Positions 1 through 9,517 of a stretch of DNA of 32,000 nt are shown one piece after another. The notes beneath the pieces were generated by a model, which saw nothing but the letters and a program-made list of their open reading frames with translations, was not told the DNA's origin and searched no databases. The position numbers were made by a program, and so were the translations under genes. Position 1 is the stretch's first letter. Each line of letters starts with the position of its first letter. The DNA is from Corynebacterium glutamicum ATCC 13032 (GTDB lineage Bacteria > Actinomycetota > Actinomycetes > Mycobacteriales > Mycobacteriaceae), in contig NC_003450.3 of assembly GCF_000011325.1 (NCBI RefSeq), positions 900,001-932,000 on the forward strand. The letters run 5' to 3'.

Positions 1-42
1 GCAGTCATGTTCTCAATTCTAGATGTTTGGTTACATTAAGGC

Positions 43-3000
43 ATGGCTAAAAGCATTCTTTCCCGATTCCGACCTCAAGTAGCGGAGTGGTTCCGGGATG
101 TCTTTGCATCTCCGACCCCTGTTCAGGAGGGAACGTGGGAGGCGGTATCTAAGGGGAAGAATGCCCTCGTGGTGGCGCCGACCGGTAGTGGTAAAACCTT
201 GGCTGCGTTTTTGTGGGCGTTAGATTCCCTCACTGAACAAACAGGTCAACAGGTTTTAGACACGGGAACACCGGTGCCTGTTCGTGGTGGGAAAGTGAAA
301 GTGCTCTACATTTCCCCACTCAAAGCGCTTGGCGTGGATGTAGAAAATAATCTGCGTGCACCGTTGACCGGTATTGCGAGGACTGCCTCTCGGATGGGTT
401 TGGATGTGCCCAATATCACTGTGGCGGTTCGTTCGGGTGATACGCCATCGGCGGAGCGGGCCCGGCAGGTGCGTAAGCCTCCAGACATTTTGATCACCAC
501 TCCGGAGTCGGCGTATTTGATGTTGACCTCAAAAGCGGGGGCGACCCTTTCGGATGTTGATGTGGTGATCATCGATGAAATCCACGCCATGGCCGGAACC
601 AAACGGGGAGTGCATCTGGCGTTGACGCTGGAGCGTTTGGAAAAGCTCGTGGGGCGGCCTGTGCAGCGAGTTGGTTTGTCTGCAACGGTGCGTCCTTTGG
701 AAACGGTGGCGGGTTTCTTGGGCGGTGGCAGACCCGTTGAGATTGTGGCTCCACCTGCGGAGAAAAAGTGGGATCTCACTGTCACTGTGCCGGTGGAAGA
801 CATGTCGGATTTGCCGGTTCAGGAGCCGGGATCAACTATTGGTGAACTAGTCATGGATGATCCGTTGGGGATTACTGGCGAATCAGCGCTGCCTACTCAA
901 GGCTCGATTTGGCCACACATTGAGCAGCAGGTGTACAACCAGGTGATGTCGGCGAAATCGACCATCGTGTTTGTAAATTCCAGGCGTTCCGCGGAGCGTT
1001 TAACCAGTCGGTTGAATGAAATCTGGGCGATGGAACACGATCCGGAATCGCTGTCGCCGCAGCTGCGAAGAGATCCGGCGCAGATTATGTCGTCAGCGGA
1101 TGTGGCAGGAAAAGCACCACAGGTGATCGCACGTGCGCACCACGGATCCGTATCCAAAGATGAACGTGCCACCACCGAAACCATGCTGAAGGAAGGTCGG
1201 TTGCGCGCAGTTATTTCCACCTCCTCGCTGGAGTTGGGCATTGATATGGGTGCCGTGGACCTGGTGATTCAGGTGGAATCGCCACCGTCCGTGGCAAGTG
1301 GCCTGCAGCGCGTGGGGCGTGCGGGGCACACGGTGGGGGCGACGTCGATAGGCTCCTTTTATCCCAAGCACCGCTCCGACTTGGTGCAAACCGCGGTGAC
1401 CGTGCAGCGGATGAAGGAAGGGCTGATCGAAGAGATCCACGTGCCCAAAAACGCGCTTGATGTACTGGCACAGCAGACGGTGGCGGCTGTCTCGATTAAA
1501 GATGTGCAGGTCGATGAGTGGTACGAGACTATTCGCAAGGCGTATCCGTACCGGGATTTGGCGCGCGAAGTCTTCGATTCCGTCATCGACCTGGTCAGCG
1601 GTGTGTATCCCTCCACAGATTTTGCCGAGCTGAAGCCACGTGTGGTGTACGACCGGGTTTCAGGCGTGCTGGAGGGCCGGCCAGGATCCCAACGCGTAGC
1701 AGTGACCAGTGGCGGAACAATTCCCGATCGAGGAATGTTCGGAGTCTTCCTCGTCGGCGATGGTCCCCGGCGCGTCGGCGAGCTCGATGAGGAAATGGTC
1801 TACGAATCCCGCGTGGGCGATGTGTTTACGCTCGGGGCGTCGAGTTGGCGGATTGAAGAGATCACCCGCGACCAGGTACTGGTCACTCCCGCGCCGGGTC
1901 ACACGGGTCGGCTGCCTTTTTGGACGGGCGATGCCGCAGGCCGGCCCGCTGAGCTGGGTAAAGCTTTAGGCGCTTTTCGACGCTCGACCCTCACCGATCC
2001 ATCCAGCTCCGGCTTGGAAGGCTGGGCGCACGACAACCTGATCGCCTTTTTACAGGAGCAGGAAGAATCCACCGGTGTGTTGCCGGATGAGAAGACGTTG
2101 GTGTTGGAGCGTTTCAAAGATGAACTAGGCGACTGGCGCATTGTCCTGCACACTCCTTATGGACGAGGAGTAAACGCAGCATGGGCTTTGGCCGTCGGGG
2201 CGAAAATCGCTGAAGAGACCGGCATGGATGCGCAAGCCGTGGCAGGTGATGATGGCATTGTGCTTCGGTTGCCGGAAGGGGATGAAGATCCCAGCGCAGC
2301 GTTGTTTATGTTTGAGGCGGAAGAGATCGAAACGCTAGTGACAGAGCAGGTGGGTAACTCTGCGCTGTTTGCCAGCAGGTTCCGTGAATGCGCCGCGAGG
2401 GCCCTATTGCTGCCGAGACGAAACCCCGGCAAGCGCGCACCGCTGTGGCAGCAACGACAACGAGCAGCACAGCTTCTTGATGTGGCCAGAAAGTACCCGA
2501 GTTTCCCGATCATTTTGGAAACAGTGCGCGAATGTCTTCAAGATGTTTACGATCTGCCCGCTCTGAAGAATCTCATTGAGGATCTACAGCTGCGGAAGGT
2601 AAGAATCGCGGAAGTCACCACCCAGCAGCCCAGTCCTTTTGCCTCCGCATTGCTGTTCAATTACACCGGTGCATTCATGTACGAAGGCGACAGCCCGCTC
2701 GCAGAGAAACGTGCCGCAGCGTTGGCCCTGGATCCGGCACTGTTGGCGAAATTGCTGGGTGAGGTGGAGCTTCGACAATTACTGGATCCCGACATCATCG
2801 CAGAAGTGCACCAACAATTGCGCAGGCAAGGCGATCGTGCGGCGAGAAACAATGAAGAACTCGCAGATTCTTTGAGGATTTTAGGACCGATTCCTTTGGA
2901 TGAATTGGGCGAACACATCACCTTTGAAAACCCAGACCTGGAGGATCGAGCAATGACTGTTCGGATCAACGGTCGGGAACATTTAGCGCAGGTCTTGGAT

Positions 3001-4605
3001 GCACCTTTGCTTCGAGATGCCTTAGGTGTTCCCGTACCGCCTGGTGTGCCTGCGCAGGTAGAAACCATTACGGATGCGTTGGAACAGTTAGTCAACAGGT
3101 GGGTTCGTACCAGAGGGCCATTTACTGCGAATGATTTGGCAGAAGCCTTTGGACTGGGCATCGCCACGGCGATCACCGCCCTTCAAAGCGCACCTGTGAT
3201 TGAAGGCCGCTACCGACAAGGCGTGGACGTGCAGGAATACTGTGCGACAGAAGTGTTGTCGATCATAAGGCGACGCAGCCTCGCAGCAGCGAGGAAACAA
3301 ACCAGGCCGGTATCGCAATCAGCCTTTGCGCGATTCCTGCTTGATTGGCAACAGATCGCACCGGTGGGCGCCACACCTGAACTCCGAGGCGTTGATGGCA
3401 CCTACACAGTCATTGAACAACTCGCCGGTGTACGTCTTCCCGCCAGTGCGTGGGAAGATCTCGTGTTGCCGCGCCGGGTTGCCGACTATTCACCGATCCA
3501 TCTCGATGAGCTGACCTCCAATGGGGAAGTCCTCATCGTGGGAGCGGGCCAAGCCGGAAGCCGCGATCCGTGGATTAGCTTGCTGCCCGTGGATTATGCG
3601 GCGCAGTTGGTGGGGGAGGCGTCGACAAGCATGAGCCCATTGCAGGACGCCGTGCTTGACCAGCTGCGTGCGGGAGGCGCCTTCCTGTTTTCTGACATTC
3701 TCGAAGAGAATTTCGGCTACACCACAGCCCAGCTGCAAGAAGCGATGTGGGGGCTGGTGGAAGCAGGCCTGGTCAGCCCTGATAGCTTCGCGCCGATCCG
3801 CGCGCGCCTAGCGTCGGGAACCACGGCGCATCGGGCGAAACGTCGACCAGCGAGATCCCGGCTGCGCACCCGCACCAGCTTCGCGAGCGACGTGCCCCCA
3901 GACATGCGCGGACGATGGACGCTGTCCGTGCAACCCGCCGACGCCACCAGCCGCTCCGTCGCACACGGCGAAGGCTGGCTCGACCGCTACGGCGTGCTCA
4001 CCCGCGGGAGCGTCGTCGCCGAAGACATCGTCGGAGGCTTCGCCCTGGCCTACAAAGTGCTCTCCGGCTTCGAAGAAAGCGGCAAAGCGATGCGCGGCTA
4101 CTTCATCGAAGGGCTCGGCGCCGCGCAATTCTCCACGCCCGCCATCATCGACCGCCTCCGCGGCCACGACGATTCCCCCGACGTCGAAGGCTGGCCCTCC
4201 GGCGCCACCGACCCAGACGTCTACCTCATAGCCGCCGCCGACCCCGCAAACCCCTACGGCGCCGCACTTCCCTGGCCTGAGCAGGGGCCCAGCCGCGCCG
4301 CCGGAGCTATGGTCGTGCTTTGCGACGGACTCCTCCTCGCCCACCTCACCCGCGGCGGGCGCACCCTCACCGTGTTCTCCGACAATATCCCCAAAATCGC
4401 GACAGCCCTAATCACATACGAAAGGCTCACGGTAGAAAAAATCAACGGCGACAACGTCTTCGACTCCCCACTCCTGGAACAATTCCGCAAACACGGCGCC
4501 ACCATCACCCCGAAGGGAATGCGATTTCGACCACCAGTGGCACGGGAAACCCCCTCAGATACGCTTCCCACCAGGACTTTTCGTGGAGGCTTCGGACGGC
4601 GCTAA
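43..4605 (+). CDS. lhr: Lhr-type large ATP-dependent SF2 helicase (1520 aa)
   Basis: Single uninterrupted 1520-aa ORF. Helicase motifs are visible: APTGSGKT (Walker A), VIIDEIHAM (DEIH box), LSAT and QRVGRAGH. The very long C-terminal extension is typical of Lhr. A nei gene follows after 9 nt, as in mycobacterial lhr-nei2. Confidence 0.9.
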   Translation: MAKSILSRFRPQVAEWFRDVFASPTPVQEGTWEAVSKGKNALVVAPTGSGKTLAAFLWALDSLTEQTGQQVLDTGTPVPVRGGKVKVLYISPLKALGVDVENNLRAPLTGIARTASRMGLDVPNITVAVRSGDTPSAERARQVRKPPDILITTPESAYLMLTSKAGATLSDVDVVIIDEIHAMAGTKRGVHLALTLERLEKLVGRPVQRVGLSATVRPLETVAGFLGGGRPVEIVAPPAEKKWDLTVTVPVEDMSDLPVQEPGSTIGELVMDDPLGITGESALPTQGSIWPHIEQQVYNQVMSAKSTIVFVNSRRSAERLTSRLNEIWAMEHDPESLSPQLRRDPAQIMSSADVAGKAPQVIARAHHGSVSKDERATTETMLKEGRLRAVISTSSLELGIDMGAVDLVIQVESPPSVASGLQRVGRAGHTVGATSIGSFYPKHRSDLVQTAVTVQRMKEGLIEEIHVPKNALDVLAQQTVAAVSIKDVQVDEWYETIRKAYPYRDLAREVFDSVIDLVSGVYPSTDFAELKPRVVYDRVSGVLEGRPGSQRVAVTSGGTIPDRGMFGVFLVGDGPRRVGELDEEMVYESRVGDVFTLGASSWRIEEITRDQVLVTPAPGHTGRLPFWTGDAAGRPAELGKALGAFRRSTLTDPSSSGLEGWAHDNLIAFLQEQEESTGVLPDEKTLVLERFKDELGDWRIVLHTPYGRGVNAAWALAVGAKIAEETGMDAQAVAGDDGIVLRLPEGDEDPSAALFMFEAEEIETLVTEQVGNSALFASRFRECAARALLLPRRNPGKRAPLWQQRQRAAQLLDVARKYPSFPIILETVRECLQDVYDLPALKNLIEDLQLRKVRIAEVTTQQPSPFASALLFNYTGAFMYEGDSPLAEKRAAALALDPALLAKLLGEVELRQLLDPDIIAEVHQQLRRQGDRAARNNEELADSLRILGPIPLDELGEHITFENPDLEDRAMTVRINGREHLAQVLDAPLLRDALGVPVPPGVPAQVETITDALEQLVNRWVRTRGPFTANDLAEAFGLGIATAITALQSAPVIEGRYRQGVDVQEYCATEVLSIIRRRSLAAARKQTRPVSQSAFARFLLDWQQIAPVGATPELRGVDGTYTVIEQLAGVRLPASAWEDLVLPRRVADYSPIHLDELTSNGEVLIVGAGQAGSRDPWISLLPVDYAAQLVGEASTSMSPLQDAVLDQLRAGGAFLFSDILEENFGYTTAQLQEAMWGLVEAGLVSPDSFAPIRARLASGTTAHRAKRRPARSRLRTRTSFASDVPPDMRGRWTLSVQPADATSRSVAHGEGWLDRYGVLTRGSVVAEDIVGGFALAYKVLSGFEESGKAMRGYFIEGLGAAQFSTPAIIDRLRGHDDSPDVEGWPSGATDPDVYLIAAADPANPYGAALPWPEQGPSRAAGAMVVLCDGLLLAHLTRGGRTLTVFSDNIPKIATALITYERLTVEKINGDNVFDSPLLEQFRKHGATITPKGMRFRPPVARETPSDTLPTRTFRGGFGRR

Positions 4606-4614
4606 CCTGATGAC

Positions 4615-5385
4615 ATGCCAGAAGGTGATTCCGTATTCCAACTCTCCCGCAAACTTCAATTCATGCGCGGAAGAGAAGTGCTGGAAACCTCCCTGCGTGT
4701 GCCATCAGTGGCACTTCACGATTTCACCGGTCAAACCGTCAACCGCGTATGGCCCTACGGAAAACACCTCTTCATGCAATTCGGTGAAGAGATCCTCCAC
4801 ACCCACCTCAAAATGGAAGGGACGTGGGCTGTCCACCGCAAAGGCGATCGCTGGCGCAAACCTGGACACACCGCGAGGGTAGTGCTTGTGCTGTCGGAAA
4901 ACATCGAGGTGGTGGGGCATTCCCTCGGCTTTGTCAGAGTGTTCCCCGCAAACCGCTACTCCGAAGAGATCGCTTACCTCGGCCCCGACGTCCTTGCCGA
5001 AGAATTCGACATCAACACCGCACGGAACAATATTGCATCGAACCCTTCCCGAACAATTGGCGAAGCCCTCCTCGACCAATCCAACCTCGCTGGAGTAGGC
5101 AACGAATACCGCGCTGAGATCTGCTTCCTCATGGGCGTCCACCCGGCGACACAAGTAGGATACGTTGACGTCGAAAAGGCTCTGAAGATTACCCGAAGAC
5201 TCATGTGGGAAAATCGAAATTCGCCGATTCGAGTGACCACCGGGGTTCGACGCGCCGGGGAATCCACCTATGTGTTTGGGCGTAACAATAAACCGTGCAG
5301 GAGATGCCGAACCCCAATCGTGAAAGCCGAGTTGGGGGAGCGAATAATCTGGTGGTGTCCGCGCTGCCAACCGCTAAACTCGTGA
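4615..5385 (+). CDS. nei: Fpg/Nei-family DNA glycosylase (endonuclease VIII, Nei2-like)
   Basis: The N-terminus MPEGDSV carries the catalytic Pro2/Glu3 of Fpg/Nei enzymes. A C-terminal zinc finger CRRC-x16-CPRC is present. The gene starts 9 nt after the lhr stop. Confidence 0.85.
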   Translation: MPEGDSVFQLSRKLQFMRGREVLETSLRVPSVALHDFTGQTVNRVWPYGKHLFMQFGEEILHTHLKMEGTWAVHRKGDRWRKPGHTARVVLVLSENIEVVGHSLGFVRVFPANRYSEEIAYLGPDVLAEEFDINTARNNIASNPSRTIGEALLDQSNLAGVGNEYRAEICFLMGVHPATQVGYVDVEKALKITRRLMWENRNSPIRVTTGVRRAGESTYVFGRNNKPCRRCRTPIVKAELGERIIWWCPRCQPLNS

Positions 5386-5388
5386 AGC

Positions 5389-5799
5389 ATGAGACTAATA
5401 CTCAACCTGATTTGGTTATTCTTCGGTGGCATTTGGCTCGCGTTGGGATACGTATTCTTCGGAATCATCGCATGTATCTTCATCGTGACGATTCCCGCCG
5501 GTATCGCAAGCTTCCGCATGGCTAACTACGCGCTGTGGCCGTTTGGTAGGACGGTTGTTCGTAATCCTAAAGCCGGAGGGTTTTCTGCCCTGAGCAACGG
5601 ACTGTGGTTTATCATTGCTGGACTGTGGCTGGCGATCGGGCACCTCACCACCGCGGCTGCCCAGGCGATCACCATCATCGGAATTCCACTGGCGATCGCA
5701 AACATCCGAATGATCCCCGTGACGTGTTTCCCGTTCGGCAAAGAAATCTATGACAGCAACCGCATTCCCTTCGGCTACGAACCGATGGTTAAGTTTTAA
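5389..5799 (+). CDS. YccF/DUF307-like small inner-membrane protein (136 aa)
   Basis: Strongly hydrophobic, with two internally similar halves (…GGIWLALGY…IPAGIASFRMANYALWPFGR… and …AGLWLAIGH…IPLAIANIRMIPVTCFPFGK…), as in the YccF family. It starts 3 nt after the nei stop. Confidence 0.7.
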   Translation: MRLILNLIWLFFGGIWLALGYVFFGIIACIFIVTIPAGIASFRMANYALWPFGRTVVRNPKAGGFSALSNGLWFIIAGLWLAIGHLTTAAAQAITIIGIPLAIANIRMIPVTCFPFGKEIYDSNRIPFGYEPMVKF

Positions 5800-6391
5800 T
5801 TCGGCGACGGACTAAAACAAACAACACATAAGCCACGATGAGCGCGATACCTACGTAAATGATCGTTGAATAGCTCTCAAACCACATCGACACCGTCTCC
5901 CATTCCGCCCCCAACCACACACCAGTCCAAATCAGAACCGCATTCCAAATGGTGCTGCCCACCGCAGTGAGCACACCGAAGAGAACCGGATTCATCTTGT
6001 CGACGCCCGCCGGAATCGAAATCAAACTTCGGACACCCGGCACCAACCGACCGAAAAACACCGAATACTTCCCGTACTTTTCGAACCACGATAGGGATTT
6101 ATCCACGTCGGTCGCGTCGACAAGCCACATCCAGTCGGCGACCTGCCGCAACCGTGCCGCCCCGATTGAGCGCCCCAACCCGTAAAGCAAAAACGCTCCG
6201 GAAACCGACCCGATCACCGACCACATAAGCGCCGCCCACACATTGAGATCGCCTTGCGTGGTGGTGAAACCCGCGAGCGGAAGCACCACCTCACTTGGAA
6301 TCGGCGGGAAAACGTTCTCCAAAAACACCGCGACACCCACGCCAACGGCGCCGAGTGCCTCCATGATGGAGATAACCCAATCCAAAATCAT
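5789..6391 (-). CDS. DedA-family membrane protein (200 aa)
   Basis: Polytopic membrane ORF with DedA-like motifs FLENVFPPIPSEVVLPLAGF and FGRLVPGVRSLISIPAG. Its 3' end overlaps the convergent yccF-like gene by 11 bp. Confidence 0.8.
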   Translation of the reverse strand: MILDWVISIMEALGAVGVGVAVFLENVFPPIPSEVVLPLAGFTTTQGDLNVWAALMWSVIGSVSGAFLLYGLGRSIGAARLRQVADWMWLVDATDVDKSLSWFEKYGKYSVFFGRLVPGVRSLISIPAGVDKMNPVLFGVLTAVGSTIWNAVLIWTGVWLGAEWETVSMWFESYSTIIYVGIALIVAYVLFVLVRRRIKT

Positions 6392-6546
6392 CGTTTACTC
6401 CGCGCGATCACCGCATGTGAAACAAGCGGATACGCAATGAGCATCCCCCACGCCCACTGCACATTAAACACCCAATTCAACACCGCAAAACCCACCAAAA
6501 ACAGCAGCGTCGCGATCACACAAGCAGCGTCAGATCTTTGCGGCAT
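6388..6546 (-). CDS. Candidate 52-aa hydrophobic small protein (below the ORF-track cutoff)
   Basis: Hand translation gives MPQRSDAACVIATLLFLVGFAVLNWVFNVQWAWGMLIAYPLVSHAVIARSKR. The ATG at 6546 is preceded by AGGATGG. The stop TGA overlaps the dedA ATG (ATGA). The ORF begins 9 nt after the MFS stop. Confidence 0.4.
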   Translation of the reverse strand: MPQRSDAACVIATLLFLVGFAVLNWVFNVQWAWGMLIAYPLVSHAVIARSKR

Positions 6547-6555
6547 AGCGCCATC

Positions 6556-7731
6556 CTAGCGATTTAAAAGCTTTTCGACGTAAACCTGCCTTGTCGCAAA
6601 GTAACCGCCTCTAATAACGAAGAGTGTTGCAACCGCAAAAAGCACAAAGATTGTTCGGAAGCTGCCTGTCGCATCGACAATGAAACCAGTCAACAAGGGA
6701 CCGAAACACGCAATCGTATAACCCAAACCCTGCCCGAAGGAACTCAACGCAGAAGCACCAGCACTAGTTTCAGCACGAATATTAATGAGCGTCAACGCCA
6801 TCGGGAACGCAAGGGGACCAAGACCAGACAACGTCGCCCACAACCACGGCGCAACATCCGGAGCCAAACAAAACCCACCATTACCGATGAGAAACATGAC
6901 ACTGGCGATAACAACCATCGGGAAGCAGTTAGTGAAACGCGTCACCAACCACGGTCCCAGAATGTTCAGCGGCAATCCCAAAATTGACCACCAGCCTAAC
7001 AACACCGCACCGAGCTGAGGATCACCTACCATCTGCGGCATAAAACCCATGAGGATATACGTCGCAAACGAAGTAAACCCAAACATCAACCCGAGCCCCA
7101 CACCAACCGAAGACTTCCACACAGGAAGAGAAACCTTCGACGGCGCCGCAACAACCCTGGCACCCTGCAAACTCAACAGCGGAATCCACGAAATCGCCGC
7201 AACCAACCCCAGCAGCGCCCACGAACCGAGCGACACCCTCCAACCGGTCAACCCCACATGTGTAGCCCACTGAGAAATCGGCACGGCAAGCGTCGGAGCA
7301 AGTGCCTGAACAATCTGGAACGACACCAGATAAGTTGTCGACATTCCACCGACGTGACGCGGAAAATACTCCCTAACAGCAATCGGAAGCAACACATTGG
7401 TAACTCCGATCGCAAACATCGCGAACACAGTACCGACCATCAACAGCGAAGCAGGTCCAGCGACACGAATAATCTGACCGGCAGCAGTCAACAGCATGGC
7501 AAACATCAACAGTTGGGAAGTAGTGAACTTCCTCTTCAACGACGGAAGCGCAAACGCAGCAACCGCGAACATAGCAGTCGGGATCATGCCCAACACACCA
7601 ATAAGAGAAGCACTAACCCCTAAATCATCCCGAATCTCAGAAACCAGCGGAGCTAAAGCAGTAATAGCTGTTCGCAGATTGAACGAGGTCAGGATGATAG
7701 CGGCCAGTGCTATGAGGCGAGGATTCTTCAC
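6556..7731 (-). CDS. MFS transporter, CynX/YeaN-like (391 aa)
   Basis: About 12 predicted TM segments. The N-terminal region LTSFNLRTAITALAPLVSEIRDDLGVS resembles the CynX-type MFS signature. GTG start 24 nt downstream of the pgi stop. Confidence 0.75.
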   Translation of the reverse strand: MKNPRLIALAAIILTSFNLRTAITALAPLVSEIRDDLGVSASLIGVLGMIPTAMFAVAAFALPSLKRKFTTSQLLMFAMLLTAAGQIIRVAGPASLLMVGTVFAMFAIGVTNVLLPIAVREYFPRHVGGMSTTYLVSFQIVQALAPTLAVPISQWATHVGLTGWRVSLGSWALLGLVAAISWIPLLSLQGARVVAAPSKVSLPVWKSSVGVGLGLMFGFTSFATYILMGFMPQMVGDPQLGAVLLGWWSILGLPLNILGPWLVTRFTNCFPMVVIASVMFLIGNGGFCLAPDVAPWLWATLSGLGPLAFPMALTLINIRAETSAGASALSSFGQGLGYTIACFGPLLTGFIVDATGSFRTIFVLFAVATLFVIRGGYFATRQVYVEKLLNR

Positions 7732-7755
7732 GCCCCTGACCCTATAAGCAAGCGA

Positions 7756-9378
7756 CTACCTATTTGCGCGGTACCACTTAATCAGTGAATCAGTGGAAGA
7801 ATCTCCCGAGTCAACATCCTCTTCACCAGAGACAGCCGGAGCGAGGTCATTTGCCTGCTGTTTGCCCAGTTCAACACCCCATTGGTCGAAGGAGTTGATG
7901 TCCCAAATCACGCCCTGAACCATCACGATGTGTTCGTACAAAGCGATCAACGCACCGAGAATAGAAGGGGTAAGTTCCTCCGCCAAAATGGTGGTGGTTG
8001 GGCGATTACCTGGCATGACCTTGTGGTTGACCAGCTCAGGTGCGACACCTTCCGCAGCGATCTCTTCAGCGTTCTTACCGAAAGCCAAAACCTTGGTCTG
8101 TGCGAAGAAGTTGCTCATCAAAAGGTCATGCATGGTGCGCTCACCGGCAGGAAGATCCTGCTTTGGACGAGCGAAACCAATGAAATCAGCTGGAACAAGG
8201 CGAGTGCCCTGGTGGATCAGCTGGAAGAAAGCGTGCTGGCCATTTGTGCCAGGCTCACCCCAGTAAATTTCGCCAGTGCCAGTGGAAACAGGGGAGCCGT
8301 CGCGGTGGACTGACTTGCCATTTGATTCCATGGTCAGCTGCTGGAGGTAAGCAGCAAAACGGCTGAGATCCTCGGAATAAGGTAGGACAGCGTGGGTTTC
8401 TGCACCATAGAAATCGGAGTACCAGACACCGAGCAGAGCCATCAAGATTGGAACGTTCTCTTCGAACTTGGTGGTGCGGAAGTGTTCATCCATCGCGTGG
8501 AATCCACCGAGGAAACGCATGAAGTCGCGAGGGCCGATCACTGCCATGAGGGAAAGACCAACTGCGGAGTCCACGGAGTAACGACCTCCGACCCAGTCCC
8601 AGAAGCCGAACATGTTGTCCGTGTCGATACCGAACTCTGCGACCTTTTCAGCATTGGTGGACACTGCGACGAAGTGCTTCGCGACAGCCTCTTCACCGAG
8701 CTTCTCTACCAGCCAAGCACGAGCTGCACGAGCGTTGGACAGCGTCTCCTGGGTGGTGAAAGTTTTCGAAGCGATCACGAACAATGTGGATTCTGCATCG
8801 AGGTCTTCCAACACAGAAACGAGGTCTGCTGGGTCGACGTTGGAGACGAATTCTGCTGAGATACCAGCGGTCGCGTATGCACGCAGAGCCTTCGTAGCCA
8901 TGGCTGGTCCGAGGTCAGAGCCACCGATACCAATGTTGACGATCTTCTTGATCGTGTGGCCGGTGTGTCCCAACCAGTTGCCTGAGCGCAGCGCAGTAGC
9001 GAAGTCACGCATGCGTCCCAAAACTTCGTGGACATCAGCAGCAACATCTTGGCCATCTACTGACAGATCAGCTTCGGCAGGAAGGCGCAGCGCGGTGTGG
9101 AGGACAGCGCGGTCTTCGGTGTTGTTGAGGTGTTCACCGGCAAACATCGCGTCAATGCGTTCGCGAAGGCCAGATTCTTCGGTCAGTGCAAGGAGCTTGG
9201 TGAGGGTGGCGTCGTCAAGCAGATTCTTCGACAGGTCGACGTGGAGGCCAGCCGCGGAGAAGGTGTACTTCTCGGCGCGGTTTTCTTCCTTGAAAAGTTC
9301 ACGCAGAGTGGTTGCCTGGAAGTTTGAGTAATGATCGGTCAGGTCTTGCCAAACCTGGGTGGTCGAAATGTCCGCCAT
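7756..9378 (-). CDS. pgi: Glucose-6-phosphate isomerase (540 aa from ATG 9378)
   Basis: PGI signatures [11 protein letters not shown] and DQWGVELGK are present. The true start is [10 protein letters not shown] at 9378, with AAGGAG 5 nt upstream. The 72-codon upstream extension in the ORF track is not PGI-like. Confidence 0.95.
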   Translation of the reverse strand: MADISTTQVWQDLTDHYSNFQATTLRELFKEENRAEKYTFSAAGLHVDLSKNLLDDATLTKLLALTEESGLRERIDAMFAGEHLNNTEDRAVLHTALRLPAEADLSVDGQDVAADVHEVLGRMRDFATALRSGNWLGHTGHTIKKIVNIGIGGSDLGPAMATKALRAYATAGISAEFVSNVDPADLVSVLEDLDAESTLFVIASKTFTTQETLSNARAARAWLVEKLGEEAVAKHFVAVSTNAEKVAEFGIDTDNMFGFWDWVGGRYSVDSAVGLSLMAVIGPRDFMRFLGGFHAMDEHFRTTKFEENVPILMALLGVWYSDFYGAETHAVLPYSEDLSRFAAYLQQLTMESNGKSVHRDGSPVSTGTGEIYWGEPGTNGQHAFFQLIHQGTRLVPADFIGFARPKQDLPAGERTMHDLLMSNFFAQTKVLAFGKNAEEIAAEGVAPELVNHKVMPGNRPTTTILAEELTPSILGALIALYEHIVMVQGVIWDINSFDQWGVELGKQQANDLAPAVSGEEDVDSGDSSTDSLIKWYRANR

Positions 9379-9517
9379 GAAAACTCCTTTATTGTCGTTA
9401 AATAACATCTTCAGGTTAGCTTGCTTTTGTGGCCAAGCGCATCGAAGAGTGTTCAAAGTGGGAAACACGACAAATTTAGGTGCGTTTATTGGGCTGCTTT
9501 TCGACGTGGCCATCCGG

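Noticed and set aside
3808-4344. Overlapping Gly/Ala- and Arg/Pro-rich ORFs (3808-4344 on the minus strand, 3915-4280 on the plus strand) inside the 3' part of lhr.
   Set aside because: They are alternative frames of a locally GC-rich stretch of the lhr coding sequence. The lhr frame is continuous and conserved-looking across this region.
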